Of a DNA stretch of 64,000 nucleotides, positions 37,301 through 48,428 are shown one piece after another; position 1 is the first letter of the stretch; each line of letters starts with the position of its first letter. The notes beneath the pieces are model-generated. The model ran no database searches. It was given only the letters and a program-made list of their open reading frames with translations, and was not told where the DNA came from. The DNA is taken from contig JALMLS010000149.1 of the NCBI GenBank assembly GCA_038496445.1, positions 62,001 to 126,000 on the forward strand, in the 5' to 3' direction. Made by a program: the position numbers and the translations under genes. The stretch is from Trichosphaerium sp. ATCC 40318. Lineage: Eukaryota > Protista > Tubulinea.

Positions 37301-39550
37301 GATCGTACTGTTTCTAGACGTATATTCGAGGTTATTGAAATTGGTAAAACTGGCGAGCTTGTGCGTACTGCTTTTTTAGATGATAACAATTTGTTTTTTT
37401 GATTTACTTTAATTTTTGTTACCACAAATGGTCGAACTGTCTTTTCTTACTGTGGCTGTGGTTAATTTTTTATTTCAAGGGCAAGAGACCGCATGAAGAT
37501 GATGAGGACGTCGTACCAGATGCTAAGCAACCACCAAGGAGCTTGTCTCCAAATCTATCGAGACGTGAAGAAAAATCTCTCAAGGATAGCAAAAAACATG
37601 ATAGTGACTCACGTCGCAATACAATGGTCTACAATACAACTCCTCAAATCAAGGCATGTATCTTCATGTTGCCATCTTATTACTTACTATATCATACAGA
37701 AAGCAGCTACAGCACTCAATAATTGCATGCTGCAGCACTTTGATTCGTATCCACCACCTTCAGGTCGTTCCTGCTCGTGTCTTCAAAACGAAGAGGTATC
37801 TTTTTATTATTGTTTAAATGTGGAAGCTAATGCGGTTTAAAGGATATTTTAAAGATGACAGGAGTAAAAGGAATACGTGCCGTATCAGTGTTTGCTTTTG
37901 ATGATACTCTCATTTCCGTCATTCGTCACCCACGTGATTCAAGTACGTCCGTTCAATCAAGTGCTCAATTCTTATATCTCCGAAACAGAGGGTAATTGCT
38001 TCTTGCACTTGATGGTGCGCGATCCTATCGGTAAATTTTTGTGGAAGATTAATCTCGAATATGCTCCAGTAGAGAAGAACAAAGACCCACCTTGTATCCA
38101 ATGCTGCCTGTTTTTTTTTTGGAATGTTTTGTTTGTTATTTATCTTTGACTATGCAGATGTACCAACTGTATTCCACGGAAATATGATTGGTGATCATAC
38201 ACCTGGATATGTTGATAAAGCTCTTGTAGATGATTTAAAGTTATACCTAAATGATGAAGAGAAGCGTCATCATCAACGTGTCTATGAAAGCGGTATGTAC
38301 TTTGGATAAAGTCACATCTCATAAAAAAATATCTTATCATACTTTTTTTAGCATCGACACGTAATAGATTAGAACATGCTATGCTCAAACCTATAAAATA
38401 TAAGTAAGTAAATCATTTAAAATATCTATTGATCCTAACGATTGTCTAGACAAAAAGTTGACGTGTCTACAAGACCTCGTTCACTCCCAAAGATAGATAC
38501 TGAACAAGATTTCACACCAATCAGATTATTCCTTATGCACTGGGGATTCCTTGGATTGGTATGTCACATTTTAATTTGATTCGTTTCCCTGATTTTTGTT
38601 ATAGCCTAATGCAACAAGATTTCACTTATTGCGTACCTTTGATGGCTCGGAAGTGTTCAAATACTCAGATAATCTCAAACACCTTGATAGTTTACCAGAG
38701 TAAGTCTTTGTCTTTTTTTTTCTTCTTCTCGTGTTAACATGGTGCACATAGGCGAGAAACATTCACTGTTGGTATTGTTTATATTCCAAAAGGAGCTTCA
38801 AGTGAAGTAGAAGTATGGGAAGCTGCTAACGTACGGCATAAGTGAGTTTATGTATTTGTAACTAACTTTTTTGTTACTAAAGATCCAAAAGACTTTCTTC
38901 AACTTTATTGATCAAGTCGGTTGGGAAATCACTTTATCTCAACATACAGGTTTCACAGGACGCCTTAATCCACGTTATACAGGAGATAAAACACGATACT
39001 ATGCTGATAGCGCCCAAGAGGTATTTTAGTTGTTGTAGTGTTTATTATTATTTTACTGACGCATTTCGTAGTTAATATTCCATATTGCTCCACTCATGCC
39101 TAATACAATGTACAAGAGATTCCTCATAAAGGAAGATAAGGTTGCAGTAATGTGGCTCGAGAATGCGATGGACTGGCAACCAAAGAAGAGTGTTGTTTCT
39201 GAAGCTGGTGTTATTATTGGTGTCATTCCTTTAAGCATGGATCTGTTCTGGATTAAGATACATACTGAACAGAAGGGATTGATGCAAATCGGACCATTAA
39301 GACATGATATGGTAGTAACAAGCCATGTCTTACCAACACTGGTTAGACGCACTGTCATTAATGCTTGTAATATGGCCAAGGATCCAACTGCGCCTACACC
39401 GTACGATTTTATTCTATTTTTTTATGTTTTGATGTTTGACTTTTTTGTGTTTGTAGGTATTCAACAAGGAAACAATGGATTGAGAATTTTGTGAGAACAC
39501 AAAAACTTAATGTTGGTTTACGTGATGTTCATACACATATGATTGTCTAA
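34357..39550 (+). CDS. RALGAPB: Ral GTPase-activating protein beta subunit-like (Rap/Ran-GAP domain)
   Basis: Start MFLEW; WRHRLPVIYQWN, VRDPIGKFLW, RETFTVGIVY, GW..HTGFTGRL, IFHIAPLMP, IGPL, LPTLVRRTVINA. Confidence 0.8.
35651..35767 (+). other. U12-type intron in RalGAP gene
   Basis: 5'SS GTATCTTT; branch TTCCTTGAC 7 nt before the 3' end; phase 1; restores WYRCL-H-VLG. Confidence 0.75.
38094..38157 (+). other. U12-like intron in RalGAP gene (duplicated at 50148-50212)
   Basis: 5'SS GTATCC; branch-like TCTTTGAC 7 nt before the 3' end; phase 1, next exon starts AT; keeps frame DPP-Y-VPTVF. Confidence 0.6.
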
Positions 39551-40270
39551 AGAGAGTTAAAAAAGTAATGTTTTTTGATTGTCAGACAAAGAGTTAATGA
39601 TGGAGAGTGTAACATAATAAATTGTATAGTGCAAATATTTGTGATGTTAAGTAAGTGTTGAGGAGAGAACCTGCTGCTACTTGTTGTAATACGTGATCAG
39701 TCGTCAATTTGTACTTAACCAGTTAGGCTGTACACGGTGTAACGTCAACGGCCGTTTTAAAATACTCAAACAAAAATGGGAAAAAAGCAAGCACATCCTG
39801 CCACGGCCCCAAGTCAGCTTACAAAGAACAATTGGAGTGGAAGTGTTCCATGGTTGCCGAGGCTCCTTCCTACTCTATTCCTCCAGTTGTATCTCTGCAG
39901 TTTACCCAATATGGTAGCAATAGAAGATGTACTTACATAAGTAGATTTTGGTAACACCATTTATAAACAGCAACATCGCTTTATATTTTTTATTGTGGGA
40001 AATGGCGTGCCACGTTTCTGCGTTTGGTGGCGTAGGTTTGTCACAATAGACTAAATTGAAAAAAAAAAATTATGTCACGTAATAAATACTGTTCTATGCG
40101 CGTGTACTAACTCCACTGAGTAAGAAAGCAAATGAGAACATTGTGTTGGCAAAGAATTGAATTCAGTTAAACCCAACTTCTTTTTGGGTTAGAAATACTT
40201 CTGTTGACCAATGTACTTGTTAGATACGATTCTACAAGCCTTAAATCTATAACATCATCTTTGTTACTCA

Positions 40271-41177
40271 ATGACATCGTACATTAACTCTGTTTCTGTT
40301 CCTGGCTGGCATATTAAAGTTGTTGAAGGTACCTACGCGTCTAATAAAACGTATCGAGGCAAATACGTTATTAATAAAGTGATTTGGTACGTTTAAGGAG
40401 TAAACTCTACACCAACTATGTTTCCTGCGTTTCTACCATTTCAATGAACCTAAAATTGACGTATAGGTATGCTCTACGCTTTATATCAAGTGACGGCAAG
40501 TACACAGTGAAATTGGGCGAGTACACATTATTGTCTGACGCAGAAAAGGCTCTACAAAAACAACAACAAGACCCCAAACTCATTCCTCACAGTGCTGTGA
40601 TTTATATCAAGCATTTAACGTGCGCTCTCAGAGATTTACGAACGCTGACCAATAACGCTTAGATATACGCACTATGGTATCTACGATAGAAATCAAGATC
40701 AAGTGATAGAATACTGCTGGCAGAACGACGTTCTTCAAGTACACGCCAATCCAATCTCGTCTTGGCTGTCTACAGGCTTGCCTATCGTCATAGGAACAGT
40801 ACAATCGTCAAAGTTCACCCCAGACCAAGTAGTAGAGCGTGCACGTTCGAAAATAGGATCAAAGGACTATTCTCTCTTTAATCGTAACTGTGAGCACTTT
40901 GCCATGTGGGCAAAGACAGGAGAATGCTTTAGCACACAAGTAAGTCAATATTAAAGCCATTAAAGGCCTAGATGATCTGATATCTTTGTTTTAGGTTGTA
41001 AAACAAACAAAGACAGCTGCAACCGTTTTACCCTATGTTAGTCAGTTTGTAGGACACCTTGCTAATCATTGGAGTGATAGTCAGACTTTAAAAGAGACAA
41101 TAAAAGTTGTAGACGGGTTACATAAGTTTGCAGTATCTGAGCATGAGGAATCAAAGAAGAAACGAACAACATTCTGA
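40271..41177 (+). CDS. LRAT-domain (permuted NlpC/P60) acyltransferase/phospholipase-like protein
   Basis: H-box YTHYGIY and YSLFNRNCEHFAMWAKTG...STQV. Confidence 0.88.
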
Positions 41178-41199
41178 AGTTGTTTGGAAAAACCCAATA

Positions 41200-43337
41200 A
41201 ATGTAAATACGTTGTGACTGTAGTGATAGTAAAAATAAACATAGTTATCCTTATTGTCTTGAAGCATAGCCTTTCTGTTGAGGAGTACAAGCATATATTT
41301 GTGATACCAACAGCTTGCAATCGCTTGTACTTAAGAAGTAGGTTAAAGAGTCTTTCAGCGTGCGAAATGAGCACTTGTTGCTAAATCAATCTGGTTGTAA
41401 GTTTGAGAGATTACTATTTCGGCTGTATACATATAAGCACTGGATGTCGCGTTGGTGAGCATATTTAGTTCCATCATCGCCACATGATAAACCTGGTGTT
41501 GAAAGTAGAGTTGGCAAGACAGATTGCTATCCAACAAAATAATAAAAACAGTTGAAGTACACATTTATGTTCAGAACATTTTTTAATAAACTCAGAAAGT
41601 ACAATCAACATCTCGCGTCTTGTTTGAAGTTCATTTAACACTCTGCTACAGGCAGAAACCTTCAAAATCTGATAATCTATTTAAATAAGCATTCGCTGTT
41701 ACTTGATAAAATCTCTGTGCTAGAGTTTCCGGCGAATAGAATTGCCAATATGTAATGGGATATTCTGTTTGTTTCACTATTTTGATATCCTGACAAAATA
41801 ACTTGACAAGGAATTCTGCAATAGCATCAATTGTAGCTACACAAAAAAAGTCAGAAAAAACAACGAATATGACAAAAAAGCAAAGAGACTACCTTCAGGG
41901 CAGTCTGGAAACACCTTACAGAAATCGGTTGGTATAACACTTTCATCTCTGTACATAGCCAAATTGATAGCAAGAAAATTGCCTGTTTTGCAAAGGGAAC
42001 GTGACCACAACGAGAAGTTATGTATTGATCTGTGAAGTTTTGTGCCAAATATTTGATCAGGTACATTGTAGTCAGCAAGTACAATATTGTAGACAACAAA
42101 GTATTCGAATCTATCATAGTCACAAGCTTGCTTAAATAGCTTGTGAGACATTGAAGGATACATTGTCAATCTATGATAACGTTAAATGACACTATTGGGA
42201 GTAATTGGTGTTTCACATACTTTAATGTCCATTGGTTGTACTAACAAATGTATTCAGAAGGTAAATCAGTATGTAGAAGTGTACACGGCATATTAATGAT
42301 GTCATCGGCAGTCACGACATACTGTTCATCAAGTATTCTTGGAGCAGCCTCTTCAAAACTATTACAAATGTAAGTACCTTCCATTGGAAACAATAATGTA
42401 CTAAGATTGTTGAGTCTCGTCTGTGGCGTCATTTATAGCTTCACTTGTATTAACACCTTCACTTACCAATTTCAAAGCAACTTTGGTCTTGATTGCATCA
42501 ACACAAGCGCTCTAGTAGGTTGCTAAGTGTAGATCCAAAAAACCAGAAAAAGTAAATGTTGTATTGTTCTTGTACTGATGGTTTATCTTTTGATACTTTC
42601 ACTGCAACTGAGAATGCATATTTTTGGATACACTCCTTGAATGGAGAAAAGTCTGGTGACACTGCGAACTGTGCAAAACCTATCATATTTTTGAGAAAGA
42701 AAATGACTTTTGAATTGATTTTGTTTCTCACCTCCAAGACACATGTGTATATTATCACCAAGAAAAAATACTTGTGACATGTTTTGATCCGCTTGTCGTT
42801 CTTTCCGCATAATACTACGGATTTCTTTGTCACTTGACTTTTGTTGTTTACTTCTCTTCTTAAAACGGTTCGTATGTCTTATCTTTGTGATTGTTCTTGG
42901 CACCGTGTATGGGTTTAAACCTGCATTGTAATACTTTTTAAGAAAGCTATGTGTCTTGGCCCTTGTCTATTAAAGTGGGTAAGTAATACACAAGGTAGTA
43001 CACAACAATAAAATGCAAACATACCCTACTGACTTGGAATAGCTCTTTGAATTCATGCTGACAATACAACGCATACGGTTTCGCAGTTTGAGCAATTGAT
43101 AAAATAGACATCCCATCAAGAAAGCTTATCACGTGCCACACAATCTCAGTTGGAAGTTCTAAAAATCAATATCACTTCGTTTGTAGTTTTCGAGTTAGTA
43201 CCTGTAAAATCAGTAAACGTGGAGGAGTTGCCAGACTCGGAGTCAACCGTGATTGTTGTGGATTTGTTTTTCTTGTATCGAGTTGATATGAACGGCTCGT
43301 TGTTAGATACGATGTATTGGTGAATGCTAATGTACAA
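41200..43337 (-). pseudogene. Multi-exon F-box protein, copy A, apparent premature TAG at 42241-42243 (3' end approximate)
   Basis: ELPTEIVWHVISFLDGMSILSIAQTAK F-box; EYIC*YNQW here vs EYICYYNQW in copy B. Confidence 0.55.
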
Positions 43338-43990
43338 GTTACCGAAACGTTAAAAGCGTCAAATAAGCACAAAATCGAAACAATTCAAGCGTAAAATAGC
43401 GTTTCATGTATGAATTGTACATAAAGGATCAAAATAGCGCTTTTGTTCTAAAAAACGCTACTTGTACCCTTTGCAAGCTTCCAGTAATGACTTAGACGCC
43501 GAATGAGATTGTTTTAGAGCTTGTGACGCAAGAACATCTTGAAGGATTTGTTTTTTCTAGATTACGGCTTAGATTAGCGTCTTTGAGTCAACATTAACCT
43601 TTCTTAAAGTGATAACATCAAGACCTTCCATTGCGCTTGCAAAATACAGTGACAACTATTTTATTGTTGCAGTTTTCTTCACTTTTCTTCGTCTTATTCT
43701 TTTTCTTCTGGAAAATCACGTGCAAGTGACAGACCAGTCGCAAAGGAAAGTAGACATTTTCTTTGTGTTCAAAATATACGTCAGTCAAAAGGAAAGAACT
43801 TACGACGTACATTAGGTCAAATTAAGTATTAAATCACGTGGACTTACCAATTACGCCACTCGTTATCTTTATCTAATAACGACCTAACACGTATACGCAT
43901 TGGGCGACTTAGAAAGGGTTGCAGCACACGGTATCACGTAATACTTCCAAAAAAAGTTAATTGTAGCTTTCCCACGTTTCAAATAGCATA

Positions 43991-44920
43991 ATGGACCGTC
44001 AAACAAAGGCAGTATCCACGTATCACCAAGCATACAGCAAACCAAGTAATATTGAGCTTTTGGAGATGCCCACAGAGATACTTACCCACTTACTACAGTT
44101 CTTGAAGAGACGTGATCGATTTAAAACATCCCAGAGCTGTATGCGATTATCTAGCATCATACGACATAACATTGGATACCATTCTATCCAAATCAAATCA
44201 AGTGAATGTTGTAGACTACTTTCTGGAAGCCCACTTCTAAAAAACACAAGACTATGTTTCAATTCATTCCCTCGTGCAAAAGACGAAGATATATCTATTC
44301 TTAATGGTGTTAAATCTTTATTCCTTTGTATCAACAGATACATTACAGATGAAGCCATAAAGAACCTTTGTGGTGTTGAACGCTTAATGTTATATAAGTG
44401 TCCAGGTATCACAGACATAGGTTTAATATCAATTGCGAAGGACCTCAAGTGGATTCATCTCAACTCTTCTGAAATAACAAATATTGGACTTAAAGCTCTT
44501 TCTAGAGTACCACAGATTTCTGTGTCAGGGTGTAAGGTTATAAATGATGATGTATTGTCAGTACTATCTGGTGTGCATACAATTAATTTGAGTAGGTGTA
44601 ACCGCATCACAGATGAGGGGATCTCTTCATTAGCTGGTGTACACACAATAAATTTGAACGAAACACCAGTAACAGATAAAGGTGTTTCAGCTCTGGCTGG
44701 TGTTCATTCAATTACTCTTCGATGCTGTGAGCATTTAACTGGATCATGTATGGAAAGCCTAGCTAATGCACACTTGATTGATCTATCACATACAAAAGCA
44801 ACAGATGATTGGCTTACTCCACTATCAGGTGTTAAGGTGTTAATACTGTCAGGTTGCAAAAATGTTTCAGAAAAATGTGTGGCCGAGCTCAAAAACAAGG
44901 GCGTGAGCGTTAGAAAGTAA
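43991..44920 (+). CDS. Intronless F-box/LRR protein (309 aa), copy A
   Basis: LLEMPTEILTHLLQFL F-box; repeated LxGVHTINLxxCxxITDEG LRRs. Confidence 0.88.
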   Translation: MDRQTKAVSTYHQAYSKPSNIELLEMPTEILTHLLQFLKRRDRFKTSQSCMRLSSIIRHNIGYHSIQIKSSECCRLLSGSPLLKNTRLCFNSFPRAKDEDISILNGVKSLFLCINRYITDEAIKNLCGVERLMLYKCPGITDIGLISIAKDLKWIHLNSSEITNIGLKALSRVPQISVSGCKVINDDVLSVLSGVHTINLSRCNRITDEGISSLAGVHTINLNETPVTDKGVSALAGVHSITLRCCEHLTGSCMESLANAHLIDLSHTKATDDWLTPLSGVKVLILSGCKNVSEKCVAELKNKGVSVRK

Positions 44921-45322
44921 TAACCAAATGCTCTCTGTCGTTAAGTTACCAATGTACTAAAGCAATGAGGTAACTTCCATACTTGAGAGTTTGACAATCT
45001 GAACTTCATCAGCTGTTTTTACCACCACTGACGAGTACGGAACCCCTTTGATATCATTTGGAAGCCTACCTCTGTCCAAAAATAAATAGCCATTTACGAT
45101 ATGAAATAACTTCTGGTTAATAGGAAAACCAAGCAGTCTTGGTTAAGAAGTTATTTTCTTTGGTTTATTGGGTTTGTCTCCAAGGCTGGTTGCCAACTCA
45201 GAGCTCCAAACACTCTTGATTGGAATTACAAGCACTCACAAAGTACAGCTCTGTTTGCTCAAAGCAATGTAATCCATGTTTGTTTGGTTTTTTTAGTGTT
45301 AGATTTTTTTTTGATGTTTGAA

Positions 45323-47787
45323 TTACTCTTCCATTGCATCGCCTGAAACCTTAGTAGACTCATCTTCAACTGAAAGACCTGCTACCATTGTATCCAATGT
45401 CACCTTTAGTTCTATTTTTGCAGTAGTTGCATCCTTTCCACCAAGATTACTTGCAAATTCTAAAAAAAATTAATCAAAAATGAAACTACCAAAACAGTTT
45501 CACTGTCATTACAGTACTTATACACGTGGTACAAAAGAGCGTAGATATTTTGTTACAAATTACAACCCAAAAGAGGTTCATACCTTTAATATACGAAATG
45601 ACATCAGCCAAGCTGTGTCCTTGAAGTTCCAAAAGCTCCAAACATTTTTCCTTTAGTTTTTCATTTGAACTACACACAATCCCAATAACATAGTCAACAT
45701 ATTGTAGTGTAAATAATCCAGCATCTAAACGTTCCATATAGAAATCTAACTCATCTTCTTCTGTAAGTTCAAGACCCTGAAGAAAAAGATTAAAAAATAC
45801 AAGAAAGAAACGAGAATCGAACTCAACAACAAATTTCTCGTCTGCAACCAACTGTCGCCTTATAAAATAATGTACATACCTGTTTTACAAGTACATTACG
45901 TTGTTTACTTATTTTAGCATCAGCACTACGAACACGTGTGACATATGTATCGTGTAATTCAATGAGCCTCTCAATCTTTTCAAAATTTGTTTCAGCAAAC
46001 TTTGCCAAAACTCTACCCCACAAGTTACCTTCTGGAGACAGATGGGTAAACAGTGATGCAATGATAGACATGCAATGCTCTAAGAAATATTAATATTAAC
46101 TTAACATTTTTATTTCTAAATCACGTGATTGATTGAACGTACCATCATCTTCTAAAGTTGAAAATCCTTTTTTATGTTTTTGTGCTCCTTTCTTCATAAA
46201 AGCAGCAAAAAGAGTTCCTAATCCAGGTATCTCAACCCATCGTTTACAATTATTAACATCTTCTTGCATTGCAAAGCTCAATAGCTTAAGTGCGCATTTT
46301 CTAGCGAATCTCTTATTCCTACAACAGAAGTTAAGGTACAAAGGCAGTAGCGTCGCGAGCAACAAAATGTCAAATGACAGAATTTTTCTTATATTTTTCT
46401 GACTTTGGCCGATTAATCGAACTGATTACGTACTTGATAATTTTTTGCATCAAACGTAATCCTTGAGCTTCAGTAAAGTATTTTTTGTTCTCTTTAAGAA
46501 CAATAGTATTACATAAACAATTAAACAAGTTCTCAACCATTTCTTCTTCTTCAGATGAAGGAGGGTTCTTTTTTTGATAAAGAGCAATTGCAGATAATAG
46601 CGTATTAATACCATTGGAAGCACCGAATTCTATTTGATTTTTCTTTGAGTTTTGTAGTAGAATAAAGAGAATCTCAGCGCAGTATCTAGGAAGATTATGA
46701 GACGAATACAAAGATGTTTCTGTTTTATAATATCACACCCTTTAATCTCCTCAAATTTCGGCTTTTTTAAGCGGTTCAAGAGCCATTTCATGATAGAAGT
46801 CTTTTCTACTAAAGAGCGTGCAAGGAGTGGTTCAATTTCAATTATATTTTCAACAATTTCTAGAGTAGCAAAAACACCTATGATCGAAATTAGATGCAAA
46901 AAAGTAATGAAATTTTACCTTTTTTATCTTCGAATTGCGACTCATCAAAACGATGTATTGTTTGTATAATGCACTCAAGTAGTTGGTTATCAATCTATAA
47001 ATAATAATGAATAAGGTATGAGGTTCGATACTACTCATAAATAATGATAACAAGAGAAAACCAAAAAAACAATTCACATTCAAAAAAAAGTTTTCAAGCA
47101 GCACAAGAAACTCACCATTTTCTCTACCAAGTATGACACCTGGTCTGGAGCATCCTCTTCGTTTGTATAAACACTTTCATCGGTCAAATCACGTATAAGT
47201 GTAATCACATCAATGCAAATGTCAGTATTCTCATGTTGGAATAACGAAAGCAAGGTTTCATGGCACTTGAGGCGGACTAATTCTCTAGTTGATAAATATT
47301 AGCGGACGGTTTTGTAGCTTAGCAGACGGGATTTGGCGTTAAAAACAACATAAAACCAATCTTACGAAGTTAGGTATTACTTACGGGTACAAATAAGGGT
47401 TCGTTGCGATTTGTGTGAAGTCCTTTATGGCATTATCTAGTTCTATCTCTGACGTGACAAATCTGACATTATTAGCGCTTATTTGGGCGATTGAGCGTAC
47501 TTTTCAGGCTTACTGGCAAATTTAATGCGCATTTGTTGATTTCTGGTTAATACGCGCTCTAGATTAAGAACCAAGCGCTTAAGACCTGTCAAATCCACTT
47601 CTTGTACCTATCCACTCTGTTAATAAACAAATACTGGCTATGGGTCTGTACGAACATCCTCTGCTTGGTCTAATAGCCGTTGAATGGTTTCTTCATCAAG
47701 GTCTTCCAAGTCCACTTCATCAAGGTCTATTTCAGCAAGGTTTGCTCCATCATCTACTTTCTGGCGCTTCGCCGGTCTAGCTGTCAT
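45323..47787 (-). CDS. CTNNBL1: Beta-catenin-like protein 1 (spliceosomal Prp19 complex), copy A
   Basis: NQQMRIKF, HENTDICIDVI, YCAEILFILLQ, EEEEMVENLFNCLC, RVLAKFAETNFEKIERL, FYMERLDAGLFTLQ. Confidence 0.93.
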
Positions 47788-47928
47788 TTTGCAATGATTA
47801 CGCTTTGCTTTCGACACGTTAGAGCTTCGATAAGGCAGGAGGACTTAACATTGCGATAGAAAGTTTTTTTTGTTCGCCCCGATACCATACTAGAGCACAC
47901 GAGTGACTTGTTTGCAGTATACGAACCA

Positions 47929-48428
47929 ATGGGAAATAACACAAGCACTTTACCTGACGATAGGCGCACAGCTAGGAAAGAACTGATATCGGCACTCGAA
48001 GGCTTTACAAAAGGTATAAATAGTGAATATACGCAATAATAACGCTCGTATAAAGGGTTTTGTGTAAGTTTTATACCAACATGCCTGTTAAAGCGGAGAG
48101 TTACCGGTATTCGACGTGCTCTCGCGTTGGGAACATTCTGTGGAGGATTTCGTGCAGTGACATCTCTTATGACAGAATTAAAACGAAGTGAGTGAAGCCG
48201 GTTATGTATTTTTCTTTAAAGTATCGCTATCAATTTACTCAACAACCACCCCTATTTTGGGTAAAATTACATTTCCCAACAAAAACTCCACGTGCTGCTT
48301 TTGGAATATTCACATGCGCATTATCAAAGGAAAACAGATGCCTGACTTGTCTGAACGACTTCAATTGGCTATATCTTCGGCGATAAGCATGACAGCTGCT
48401 CTAGTGGTTGACGGTGAACTTCACCTAT
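47929..48428 (+). pseudogene. 5' fragment of TMEM135-like gene cut by the duplication junction
   Basis: Matches 61226-61725, then switches to RalGAP sequence out of frame (stop 48485-48487). Confidence 0.8.

Larger units (their letters stand above)
36371..48428. repeat. Copy A of ~12 kb tandem duplicated unit
   Basis: Near-identical to 48429-61725 at offsets of about 12055, then 11950, then 13295. Confidence 0.95.

Noticed and set aside
37796-37842. Intron starting GTATCTTT as a further U12 intron
   Set aside because: Phase 0, U2-like GCTAAT branch and no CCTTRAC near the 3' end; not counted
39776-39940. 54-aa ORF MGKKQAHP...
   Set aside because: Start codon absent in copy B and no motif
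45025-45070. Hammerhead-like CTGACGA core
   Set aside because: No stem II plus GAAA and no flanking stems
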